In this document: positions 1 to 8,835 of the stretch, piece by piece | Position numbering within the stretch: the stretch's first letter is position 1 | How the letters are laid out: each line of letters opens with the position of its first letter | DNA from: Candidatus Bathyarchaeia archaeon | GTDB lineage: Archaea; Thermoproteota; Bathyarchaeia; Bathyarchaeales; Bathycorpusculaceae | NCBI GenBank assembly: GCA_049970895.1 | Contig: JBMFMB010000008.1 | Location: 1 to 59,989, forward strand | Direction: 5' to 3' | DNA length: 59,989 nucleotides | Position numbers and translations under genes: made by a program | The notes under the pieces: model-generated | What the model saw: the letters and a program-made list of their open reading frames with translations, nothing else | Told to the model about the DNA's origin: nothing | Database searches by the model: none

Positions 1-1071
1 GTGACAACTTATGCGGGTGTTCCAAGCAGGCTTAAGCTTGAAGAAATGGTTGACTGGCATCCTCAGGACATGCTTTACGCTCCACTACGAACACCGGATG
101 GGAGGATAGTCGGCATTCTAAGCATGGACGACCCTGTTGATGGGCGAAAACCAACGAGGGAGTCGCTTTTGCCCCTTGAGCTTTTCCTACACCAAGCGGC
201 AATAACCATTGAGAACGCTGAGCTTATGGAAAGCCTTGAAAAAGCCAGAAGGGAGCTTAGGGTTTACGCTGACCAGCTTGAGCAGAAAGTGGAAGAGCGA
301 ACCAGAGAACTGCGGGAAATACAGGATAGATTGCTTAGGGCTCAGAGGCTAGCCGTCATAGGCGAGCTGGCTGGAATGGTGGGACACGACCTCCGCAACC
401 CGCTCACGAGTATTGCAGGCGCCACATACTACATCAAAAGGAGGCTAGACAAAACTATTGATGGAAAAGTTAGGGAGATGATTGAACTTATTGAGAAAAA
501 TATTGGCTATTCAAACAAGATAATAAACGACCTTTTGGACTATTCGAGGGAGATTAAGCTTGACATAATTGAGACAAGTCCAAAGGCTTTAGTAGATGAT
601 GCATTGGCTTCTGTGGAAGTTCCAAAGAACATTCGCATAGTGAAAAGGGTTGACGGTGCACTTGGGATGAGGGCTGACTATGAGAAGGTTAAGCGTGTCC
701 TCGTAAACCTGATTAGAAATGCCGTTGACGCCATGCCAAAGGGTGGAACCCTAACAATAAAATGTAGGAGGAAGAGCGAGAAGGTCGAGTTTGTTGTCGC
801 TGACACTGGTGTTGGCATGTCTGAGGAAACATTGAAGAAGCTTTGGACGCCCTTGTTCACCACGAAGGCTAAGGGTATGGGTTTCGGCTTATCCATATGT
901 AAACGTTTTGTTGAAGCCCATGGTGGCACAATAACCGTTAAAAGCACTTTAGGTAGGGGTTCAACCTTCAAGGTAACCCTTCCAATAGAACCCGAAATAA
1001 AAGAAGAGGGAGGTGAAAAAATATGGTTGAAAATGCAAGAATCCTCATCGTTGACGACGACGAAAACATAA
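1..1071 (+). CDS. Sensor histidine kinase (GAF-HisKA-HATPase), 5'-truncated by window edge
   Basis: H-box GHDLRNPL, N-box NLIRNAVDAM, G1 DTGVGM, G2 GMGFGL; GAF-like end (LYAPLRTPDGRIVGILSMD). Confidence 0.93.
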   Translation: MTTYAGVPSRLKLEEMVDWHPQDMLYAPLRTPDGRIVGILSMDDPVDGRKPTRESLLPLELFLHQAAITIENAELMESLEKARRELRVYADQLEQKVEERTRELREIQDRLLRAQRLAVIGELAGMVGHDLRNPLTSIAGATYYIKRRLDKTIDGKVREMIELIEKNIGYSNKIINDLLDYSREIKLDIIETSPKALVDDALASVEVPKNIRIVKRVDGALGMRADYEKVKRVLVNLIRNAVDAMPKGGTLTIKCRRKSEKVEFVVADTGVGMSEETLKKLWTPLFTTKAKGMGFGLSICKRFVEAHGGTITVKSTLGRGSTFKVTLPIEPEIKEEGGEKIWLKMQESSSLTTTKT

Positions 1072-1490
1072 GAAAAGTGCTAAAGACAATACTGGAGGAT
1101 GAGGGTTACGCTGTTGATGAGGCTGAAAATGCGAAGAAAGCTATAGAAAAGTCTAGGAGATACGTCTATAACCTAGCCTTGATAGACATCCGTTTACCGG
1201 ACATGGAGGGCATAGAGCTCCTAACAAGGATGAGGGACACTGTTCCGAAAATGCGGAAAATAATTATAACTGGTTATCCAACGCTTCAAAACGCCATAGA
1301 AGCCGTAAACCGCGGTGCAGATGCCTACATACTGAAGCCCTTCGACATGGAAAAGGTTCTTGCAACCATCAAAGAGCAGCTTAGAAAGTATGAAGAGGAG
1401 AAGCGCTACACCCAAGAGAAAGTCGCGGAGTTCATTGAAACAAGAGTGAAGGAGTTGGAGGCTGAGAAAACCGTCCAAAAGCCTTCCTAA
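1023..1490 (+). CDS. Response regulator (receiver domain plus short helical tail)
   Basis: ILIVDDD, phospho-Asp in LIDIRLPD, ITGY, LKPF; overlaps the kinase 3' end. Confidence 0.93.
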   Translation: MVENARILIVDDDENIRKVLKTILEDEGYAVDEAENAKKAIEKSRRYVYNLALIDIRLPDMEGIELLTRMRDTVPKMRKIIITGYPTLQNAIEAVNRGADAYILKPFDMEKVLATIKEQLRKYEEEKRYTQEKVAEFIETRVKELEAEKTVQKPS

Positions 1491-1540
1491 GTTTGCCCCC
1501 TAAATTTCCAGAATTCTCATTCTCACCCTTTTAAAACGGT

Positions 1541-2434
1541 TTATATTTTAACTAAATTTTTGTGCATGAATCTCCAGACATGCCTAACCTCGAAGCCCAA
1601 CTTTTTCAGAAGGGTAACCGACGGCGTGTTCTGCTCAGCCGTGTGGAGTGCCACAGAGTCCATTCCCTTCTCGTAGAGGAAGTTCATGGCTCGGCGGGTC
1701 AAAGCTGAGGCCAAATTTCGCCCTCTATATTCGGGCAGTGTTACGGCTGGTCCAAGATAACCCCTTTTCGCCTTGTAAAACTTGTTGTATTCTGTGTCTG
1801 GTCTTGAAGCCACCGCTGAAACTATTTTGCCGCCTATTTCGGCTATGTGAATCCAACTTTCGTCAAAGGGTGGATGCTCTGCTTTCCATTCGGCTATGAA
1901 GCCTTCCCTAAGCCTTTCCCAACCATAACCCTTGTTAACGGTTTCAACGAGGGCTTTCTCCTCTTCTGGTTTTAGGCTTCTAATAATTGTGCCTTCCGGA
2001 ACTGGGGGCAGGGGTTTTACGCCATCCAATCTTGCAACCATGTGGTAGAATTCATCCTTGGCTTTGTAGCCTCTTTCAATCCAAAACCCCATTTTGGGGC
2101 TGTCAGCGTCAACCCTAACAGAAAGGTCAGTGCCAGTAATCCGCTTCTCCACCTCGTTGACAAGCATTTCTTCAATAGCCCTTTTGTGAGCTCCATTTAA
2201 GGAGGCTAACCACTCGATATGTTCGCCGTGATGCCCCGCATGGAGAGCTATGCACCCCAAAATTTCGCTGTCCCTTTTTGCAACCAGAACTGTTAGGTTT
2301 CGCTCCCTAACCTCTTTTAGAAGCCCTTCAATGGTGTATGGGATAAACTCGTATGAGTTGGCAAACTCCTCATTAAGCAACCTAACCAAAACTGCTGCAT
2401 CTTCGTTGCTAAAGTGGACTGTTTTGACGTTCAC
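1541..2434 (-). CDS. Tandem GNAT-family N-acetyltransferase
   Basis: C-terminal acetyl-CoA motif VTLPEYRGRNLA and NTPSVTLLKKLGF; degenerate N-terminal GNAT repeat. Confidence 0.85.
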   Translation of the reverse strand: MNVKTVHFSNEDAAVLVRLLNEEFANSYEFIPYTIEGLLKEVRERNLTVLVAKRDSEILGCIALHAGHHGEHIEWLASLNGAHKRAIEEMLVNEVEKRITGTDLSVRVDADSPKMGFWIERGYKAKDEFYHMVARLDGVKPLPPVPEGTIIRSLKPEEEKALVETVNKGYGWERLREGFIAEWKAEHPPFDESWIHIAEIGGKIVSAVASRPDTEYNKFYKAKRGYLGPAVTLPEYRGRNLASALTRRAMNFLYEKGMDSVALHTAEQNTPSVTLLKKLGFEVRHVWRFMHKNLVKI

Positions 2435-2591
2435 GGTATATAGTAGGTAGTAAAGTCTGAAAGAAAAATTTATCTAAGACCTAAATTCTGTAACCTACAT
2501 TTCTATCTTGCTAAAATTTGATTACAGAAATCGGAATTTTCTTAAATGATAAATATATGGAGTGAAAAACATACCTCATGTAGTGGTTGCT

Positions 2592-2804
2592 ATGAGTGAA
2601 GAGGAGAAGAGGCTGAAAGTGGTTGACGTTAGTTTCGTGGCTTCTCTAAAGTTTTGGCTGGCTTATCTAGTGGTGCAAATAATAGCGTTGGTAATCGTCT
2701 TTGCAATAATGATGATTTTCATCGGCTTTATGTCTTCAATTCTTCGAGGACTTGCACCATCAACCTATTCCACTTTAGCTTTGAGCATTCCAAATATGCA
2801 TTAG
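2592..2804 (+). CDS. Small single-pass membrane protein, hypothetical
   Basis: MSEEEKRLK start followed by a long hydrophobic stretch. Confidence 0.55.
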   Translation: MSEEEKRLKVVDVSFVASLKFWLAYLVVQIIALVIVFAIMMIFIGFMSSILRGLAPSTYSTLALSIPNMH

Positions 2805-3134
2805 TCTAGCTACAACAACGCAACATTCTCTATTTTTTTACCTTATATTAGAAGCCAGGGAACTGAACTGAGGCATTAGAAGCCGATGTTGAGTTTGGAA
2901 CAAAGAAATTTATTTATTTAAAATTTTTCTGTTTTTACGGTTTTAAACGGGGAGAATTTCGCCACTTTAGGAATGAAATGTCTTAAAAACGGACTTTTTA
3001 AATTGTAGCTTTTATTCGACCGTCAACGCTTCTAAAGAGCTTCAAAATTTTGGTTTTCTCTTCTTCTGTTAGCACTTAATTTTGTTTATCGACGACCGTG
3101 TTTCAGGCTTTGTTTACATTTTTGTTGCATAAAG

Positions 3135-3142
3135 TTTAAAAA
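3135..3142 (+). promoter_or_regulatory. Putative TATA box of the nrdR-nrdD-nrdG operon
   Basis: TTTAAAAA preceded by purine-rich BRE-like GCATAAAG, about 70 nt upstream of the nrdR ATG. Confidence 0.55.
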
Positions 3143-3145
3143 GCC

Positions 3146-3193
3146 ACACTACATTTAGTGCTTGGAAATAACGTTAAACACTATAATTTGAAG
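3146..3193 (+). promoter_or_regulatory. Tandem NrdR boxes (3146-3161 ACACTACATTTAGTGC; 3178-3193 ACACTATAATTTGAAG)
   Basis: Match to the NrdR-box consensus acaCwAtATaTwGtgt, 32 bp start-to-start, directly upstream of nrdR/nrdD. Confidence 0.8.
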
Positions 3194-3210
3194 CACGCGA
3201 TGGAGAGCCC

Positions 3211-3654
3211 ATGAAGTGCCCCTACTGCGGCTCAGAAAATATAAAAACCCTTGAAACAAGGGACTCGCCAGACAACACCATAAGAAGGCGTAAAGAATGC
3301 GCCAACTGTGGAAAACGCTTCACAACCTACGAATACATTGAAACAATAGAGTTGATGGTAAGGAAACGCGACGGAAGACTTGAACGCTTCGACCTAAACA
3401 AGATTGTTAGGGGCTTGCAGAAAGCCTGCGAGAAAAGACCAGTGACGATGGAGCAAATCCACGCGTTAGCCGAGAAGGTTAGGCAGGAGTTGATGGCTAT
3501 GGGCAAGGAGGAAGTATCCTCGCAAGAGATTGGCGACTTGGTGATGAAGCATTTAAAAAGCCTTGACCGCGTCGCCTACGTGCGCTTCGCCTCTGTTTAC
3601 CGCAGGTTTGAGGAGCCAGAAGACTTCCGTCGCGTGCTTCAAGAGGTGAAATAA
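3211..3654 (+). CDS. nrdR: Transcriptional repressor NrdR
   Basis: MKCPYC...IRRRKECANCGKRFTTYE zinc ribbon, ATP-cone, VAYVRFASVY. Confidence 0.97.
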   Translation: MKCPYCGSENIKTLETRDSPDNTIRRRKECANCGKRFTTYEYIETIELMVRKRDGRLERFDLNKIVRGLQKACEKRPVTMEQIHALAEKVRQELMAMGKEEVSSQEIGDLVMKHLKSLDRVAYVRFASVYRRFEEPEDFRRVLQEVK

Positions 3655-3655
3655 A

Positions 3656-6600
3656 ATGAAGTTTGTTAGGAAGCGTGATGGTAGATTAGAACCCTTCGAC
3701 CAGGAGCGGATAACAAACGCCATTTGGAAGGCAGCCAAAGCCGTAGGCGGAAAAGACCGAGAACTAGCAAAAAGGCTAAGCGACCAAGTTGTGGCAGAGC
3801 TTAAAAGACGCTTCGGGGAAGACGGCGTCCCAACAGTTGAGGAAATTCAAGACGTTGTGGAGAAAATCCTAATAGAGAATGGGCATGCGAGAACAGCTAA
3901 GGCTTACATTCTCTATCGTAAACAGCACCAGGACATAAGGGAGTTGGCGGGACTCCTAAGCCAAGCAGACCTCGTTGACCAGTATCTTGAAATGGAAGAT
4001 TGGAGGGTTAAGGAAAACTCCAACATGAGCTATTCACTGCAGGGCTTAAACAACTACTTGTCGTCGACGGTTATCGCAAAATACTGGATTACACGAATTT
4101 ACCCGCCAAACATTGCAGAAGCCCACTTCTCCGGAGACTTCCACATCCACGACCTAGGCGTTTTGGGGCCTTACTGCGTGGGCTGGGATATCAAGGATTT
4201 GCTGCTAACAGGTTTTGGTGGGGTGCCCGGCAAAATTGAAAGCGTCCCGGCGAAGCACTTCAGAACAGCCCTTGGGCAAGTTGTGAACTTCTTCTACACT
4301 TTGCAGGGGGAAGCCGCAGGAGCCCAAGCTTTCTCAAACTTTGACACCTATTTGGCGCCTTTCATACGCTATGATGGACTCAGCCAGAAAGAGGTGGAGC
4401 AGTCGCTTCAGGAGTTCTTCTTCAACATGAATGTGCCAACAAGGGTTGGCTTCCAATGTCTTTCAGAGGACACCAAAATCCTAACTCCAGAAGGTTGGAA
4501 ATCGCATGCCCAAGTCAAAGTTGGCGATATGATTTATACCTTCAATCTGGAAACGCGGAAAATCGAAATTAAACCTGTAAAAGACATTTTCGTGAGAAAA
4601 TATAAAGGGAAAATGTACAATTTGCGGAATAGAACGCAAGATCAGCTTGTTTCTCCACGTCATCGGATAGTAAGACGAGTTTTTGGCTCAAAAAGATACA
4701 AGATGCAAGAAATTGAAAAAATTCTAACTTTTAAGTCGCCCGTCTCCATTCCAGTTGTTGGAGAAAACAGCAATCCCGATTTAGATGTTAGTGATGAACA
4801 GTTAAAGCTGATGGCTTGGATTATTTCAGAAGGCTCTATAGAAAAAGATGGAAGCTGCAGAGTAAGTGTCTATCAATCAAAAAACGTTAACCAAGAAAAA
4901 TACAATGAGATTATCGGTCTGCTACAGCACTTTAACTTAGAATTTGAGGTAAGGGAACAAGAAGGATGGGGTGATTGCCAACACATCAGATTATCACCAA
5001 CCTCAAGTAAAATTGTCCGCAAATGGTTCGAAGGAGGCGAAAAGGCTCCTCCAAAATGGCTTTTTCGTCTAAGCAAAAGGCAAGCACGGCTTTTCCTAGA
5101 AACCTACATTAAAGGAGACGGTTGGAATGAAAAATACAGGAAAAGAATAATTACAACCGACATAACCACTTTAGAGACGTTAGAAGCCCTTGCAGTTTTG
5201 GCAGGCTTCAACTTTTCGACCAGAATAAGAATGTTTAAGTCCTCGAGAAAACCGCAGTACTACTTAACCCTTACAGAAAGTAAACACGATTATATCCAAG
5301 AAATTAAAGAGGTTGACTATGAAGGCATAATTTGGAGCGTCCACACAGAAAATGAAACAGTGATCGCGAAGAGAAATGGGCAGGTTTTCATAACTGGAAA
5401 CACACCCTTCACAAACGTCACGCTAGACCTAAAAGTTCCAGAATTCATGAAGGACGAGCCCGTCATAATCGGCGGGGAGTTTAAGGACGTCACCTACGGC
5501 GACATGGAAAAGGAGATGGAAATTTTCAACACTGCCTTCGCAAAGGTTCTAAGCGAAGGCGACGCAAAAGGAAGAGTCTTCACGTTTCCAATACCGACTT
5601 ACTGCATAACGAAGGATTTTAACTGGGATTCACCGGTCTCCCAGAAAATCTTTGAAGTTGCCGCAAAGTATGGTGCGCCATACTTCTCAAACTTTGTCAA
5701 CAGCGACATGAAGCCAGAGGACGTCAGAAGCATGTGCTGTCGCCTACGCATTGACAACCGTGAACTCCGCAAACGGGGTGGAGGCTTTTTTGGGGCTAAT
5801 CCGCTTACTGGCAGTATTGGCGTTGTAACCCTAAACCTTCCAAGGATTGGCTATTTAGCCAAAAACGAGGACGAGTTCTTCGAGCGCCTAGAGGCTCTTA
5901 TGGAGCTAGCAAAAGATAGCCTAGAGATAAAGCGTAAAGCCTTAGAACAGTTCACTGAGAAGGGCTTATACCCATATTCTAGGCGCTATCTTAAGGGCGT
6001 TAAGGAAACTTTTGGAAAGTTCTGGAAGAACCACTTCTCAACCATAGGCTTAGTGGGCATGAACGAGGCTATAATGAACTTGTTTGGCTATGGAATTGCA
6101 ACCCCAGAAGGCTTAGAATTCGCCGTCAAAGTGCTCAACTTCATGAGGGAGAAACTCGCAGACTTTCAGGAGGAAACTGGCAACATTTACAATTTGGAGG
6201 CAACTCCAGCCGAGGGCGCCAGCTACCGTTTGGCACGGATAGACAAGCGCAAATACCCAGACATAATTGTGGCGAATGAAAGGTATTTGGCTAAGGGGGC
6301 TGAGCCCTTCTACACTAATTCGTCCCAACTTCCAGTGGACCATGATGCAGACTTATTCGAGGCTTTGGAGCATCAGGATAAGCTTCAGCCGCTATACACT
6401 GGCGGAACAGTCTTCCACATCTATCTTGGCGAGAGGCTATACTCGTGGAAGGCTGCAGCCGAACTCGTCCGCAAGGTGGCATGGAACTTCCGCCTACCAT
6501 ACTTCACATTAACGCCAACATTCAGCATATGCCCAACCCACGGCTACATAAGCGGCGAGCACAAGCAGTGTCCAAAATGCGGAGCCAACTGCGAAGTCTA

Positions 6601-6745
6601 CTCAAGGGTTGTAGGCTACCTACGCCCAGTAGACCAGTGGAACGATGGGAAACAGGCGGAATTCGCCATAAGAAAAACCTTTGAGAAAGCCGCTGTTCTT
6701 CCCCCCAGCAACAGTGCTAGCTGGAAGCGTGTGACCAAACCATGA
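3656..6745 (+). CDS. nrdD: Anaerobic (class III) ribonucleoside-triphosphate reductase with N-terminal ATP-cone, intein-containing
   Basis: VRKRDG ATP-cone, HIHDL, SMCCRL, glycyl-radical motif SRVVGYLRP, CxxH/CxxC zinc site. Confidence 0.97.
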   Translation: MKFVRKRDGRLEPFDQERITNAIWKAAKAVGGKDRELAKRLSDQVVAELKRRFGEDGVPTVEEIQDVVEKILIENGHARTAKAYILYRKQHQDIRELAGLLSQADLVDQYLEMEDWRVKENSNMSYSLQGLNNYLSSTVIAKYWITRIYPPNIAEAHFSGDFHIHDLGVLGPYCVGWDIKDLLLTGFGGVPGKIESVPAKHFRTALGQVVNFFYTLQGEAAGAQAFSNFDTYLAPFIRYDGLSQKEVEQSLQEFFFNMNVPTRVGFQCLSEDTKILTPEGWKSHAQVKVGDMIYTFNLETRKIEIKPVKDIFVRKYKGKMYNLRNRTQDQLVSPRHRIVRRVFGSKRYKMQEIEKILTFKSPVSIPVVGENSNPDLDVSDEQLKLMAWIISEGSIEKDGSCRVSVYQSKNVNQEKYNEIIGLLQHFNLEFEVREQEGWGDCQHIRLSPTSSKIVRKWFEGGEKAPPKWLFRLSKRQARLFLETYIKGDGWNEKYRKRIITTDITTLETLEALAVLAGFNFSTRIRMFKSSRKPQYYLTLTESKHDYIQEIKEVDYEGIIWSVHTENETVIAKRNGQVFITGNTPFTNVTLDLKVPEFMKDEPVIIGGEFKDVTYGDMEKEMEIFNTAFAKVLSEGDAKGRVFTFPIPTYCITKDFNWDSPVSQKIFEVAAKYGAPYFSNFVNSDMKPEDVRSMCCRLRIDNRELRKRGGGFFGANPLTGSIGVVTLNLPRIGYLAKNEDEFFERLEALMELAKDSLEIKRKALEQFTEKGLYPYSRRYLKGVKETFGKFWKNHFSTIGLVGMNEAIMNLFGYGIATPEGLEFAVKVLNFMREKLADFQEETGNIYNLEATPAEGASYRLARIDKRKYPDIIVANERYLAKGAEPFYTNSSQLPVDHDADLFEALEHQDKLQPLYTGGTVFHIYLGERLYSWKAAAELVRKVAWNFRLPYFTLTPTFSICPTHGYISGEHKQCPKCGANCEVYSRVVGYLRPVDQWNDGKQAEFAIRKTFEKAAVLPPSNSASWKRVTKP
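4457..5401 (+). mobile_element. Intein (315 aa) with LAGLIDADG homing endonuclease in NrdD
   Basis: GFQ|CLSEDT block A, SPRHRI block B, WIISEGS and YIKGDGW endonuclease blocks, C-terminus VFITGN|T. Confidence 0.92.
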
Positions 6746-7419
6746 AGTTCAGCGGCATACAGAAAACAAGCCTAATAGACTATCCAGAAAAAATAGCCTC
6801 AGTCCTTTTCACGCCGGGCTGTAATCTGCGTTGTCCCTACTGCTACAACTGGCGAATTGTCGTCGACCCAAAACCCCCATTCCTAAACGAGGAGACAGCC
6901 CTCCAAATACTGGAAGAACGCCGAAAATACGTGGACGCCGTAGTCATCACAGGCGGAGAGCCAACCATCCATAAGGAGCTGCCCCGCTTCCTAAAAAAGG
7001 TAAAAGAACGAGGCTTCGCCGTAAAGCTTGACACAAACGGCTTAAACCCAACGGTTTTGGAGGAGTGCCTACCATACGTGGATTATGTAGCTTTGGATGT
7101 GAAAACTTCTGTGGAAAAGTATCACCTTCTCGGAGCAAATGACGCAGAGGCGTTCCTAAAAACTGTTGAGATGCTGAAAAGCGGCAAAGTGGAATATGAG
7201 TTCAGAACCACGGTGGTGCCAAAAATCGTTGAGGAGGCAGATATAATCCGCATGGGCGAAACCGTGAAGGGCGCAAAGGTTTATGCCCTCCAACAGTTTA
7301 TACCAGGCGACACCCTAAGCGAGGAATACAAAAACCTAAAGCCCTATTCGCCAGACGTGATCAGTGGGTTTGCAGAAAAGTTGAAGAGCTACGTGGAAAG
7401 GGTGATACTCCGCATATAA
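6742..7419 (+). CDS. nrdG: Anaerobic RNR activating radical SAM enzyme
   Basis: GCNLRCPYC motif, ITGGEPT, KLDTNG; ATGA overlap with nrdD. Confidence 0.95.
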   Translation: MKFSGIQKTSLIDYPEKIASVLFTPGCNLRCPYCYNWRIVVDPKPPFLNEETALQILEERRKYVDAVVITGGEPTIHKELPRFLKKVKERGFAVKLDTNGLNPTVLEECLPYVDYVALDVKTSVEKYHLLGANDAEAFLKTVEMLKSGKVEYEFRTTVVPKIVEEADIIRMGETVKGAKVYALQQFIPGDTLSEEYKNLKPYSPDVISGFAEKLKSYVERVILRI

Positions 7420-7448
7420 GAAAGGGAGGAAAAGGGGGGCGCCCCATT

Positions 7449-8831
7449 TTAGTAGGCTGACAAGCCTACAAAGCGCAGTTTCTTCAGCTTAACCATAGGC
7501 ACCGTTGAAGTTTCAAGGGTTTTCAGTTCCTTTCCAATTATTGGAATTTCTTTGAGGGCGGAGAGCATGCTGTCTGTGAAGCGCAAATTCATAATAGGCT
7601 TTGTTATCTCGCCATTTTCTATTAGGAAGGTTCCATCCCTTGTCAAGCCAGTCAATACGAGTTTTGTGGGCTCAACTGGATTGACGTAGTGGAAGGTTGT
7701 GACGAATATGCCGTGCTTTGTTTCTTTAATCGCCTCCTCCATTGTGGCGTCTCCAGGTTTCATTATCATGTTATAGGGTAGGGGCATCTCCCCATAATAG
7801 TCGCCCAATGGTGGAAGCGCATGACCAGTGCTTTTCTTGCCTTCCCTCCCAGCTGTGAAAGAGTTGTAGCATATGCTCTTTTCCGAAACCACACCGTCTG
7901 TTATGAGTTCTAAGGGCTTTTTTGGAACTCCCTCGCCGTCAACCGGCACTGCGTACAATGTTTTTGGGTTTCTTGCATCATCAACAACGTTTAGTTTGCT
8001 GTCGAAGACCTGTTGGTTTGCAAAGTATTTAACAAAGGATTCTCCATCTTGGTAGGATTTCGCCGAGAAGCCAACATAACCCATATAATCCAAAAGAACA
8101 GATACAGCCAAAGGCGACAAAACAACCTCGTATTCGCCCGGCTCAACCTTAACTGGGTGTAGGCTCCGAACAGACTTTTCTGCAGCGTCTTCAGCCAAAG
8201 CCTCGGGCTCAATGTCTTTAATCCGCCTAGAATATTGTTGGGCTGTTCCGAAGCCTTCAGAGTCGCCATCTCTGGAAATAACCGTCGTCTTCATGTAAGC
8301 CAATGAAAGCTGAGCCCAAGCTGAAACCCCTAAAGAGTTTGCAACTGCATAGCCCATCGCGCCAGTGGATAGGTATCCGGCAACTGCCGCCACTTTGGGC
8401 GATTTGGCGTGGGCTTTGTTTATGGCTTCCCTAACCCTTTCAGCCCTAAACTTTGGCGTGCACTCAGCCGTCGCTTTATCAAAGGCTCCTCTAACTGGTT
8501 TCCAAGCCTCCGGTTCTGGAAGGCTCTTAAATTCTTTGTTGGGCGATGAAGCCTTAGCAATTTTTACGGCTTGTTCCACAGCCTCCTTTATGCCCTTCTC
8601 CTCCAGCGTGTTAGCCTGAACAGTGCTTATCCGCTGGTCTAAAACGACTTTGATGGAGACTCCGCCCATTTTTTGGGCTACGTTTTGGTGAATCTGCGAG
8701 TTTGCAAAGCGTGTTAAAGAATTATCGATCATGAAGGCGACTGCTTGGGCTTGGCTAACCTTCTGTTTCATGGCATAATCCACGGTTTTTTCGGCTATTT
8801 CCCTCAACCTTTCAACATCCATACGCATCAA
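7449..8831 (-). CDS. pmbA: TldE/PmbA family protein
   Basis: TRFANSQIHQN, PGEYEVVL, DGEGVP, STGHA, LTRDGTFLIENGEI; paired with tldD. Confidence 0.9.
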   Translation of the reverse strand: MMRMDVERLREIAEKTVDYAMKQKVSQAQAVAFMIDNSLTRFANSQIHQNVAQKMGGVSIKVVLDQRISTVQANTLEEKGIKEAVEQAVKIAKASSPNKEFKSLPEPEAWKPVRGAFDKATAECTPKFRAERVREAINKAHAKSPKVAAVAGYLSTGAMGYAVANSLGVSAWAQLSLAYMKTTVISRDGDSEGFGTAQQYSRRIKDIEPEALAEDAAEKSVRSLHPVKVEPGEYEVVLSPLAVSVLLDYMGYVGFSAKSYQDGESFVKYFANQQVFDSKLNVVDDARNPKTLYAVPVDGEGVPKKPLELITDGVVSEKSICYNSFTAGREGKKSTGHALPPLGDYYGEMPLPYNMIMKPGDATMEEAIKETKHGIFVTTFHYVNPVEPTKLVLTGLTRDGTFLIENGEITKPIMNLRFTDSMLSALKEIPIIGKELKTLETSTVPMVKLKKLRFVGLSAY

Positions 8832-8835
8832 CCTC

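Noticed and set aside
2805-3130. AT-rich intergenic region as replication origin
   Set aside because: No recognisable ORB repeats and no cdc6/orc1 gene nearby
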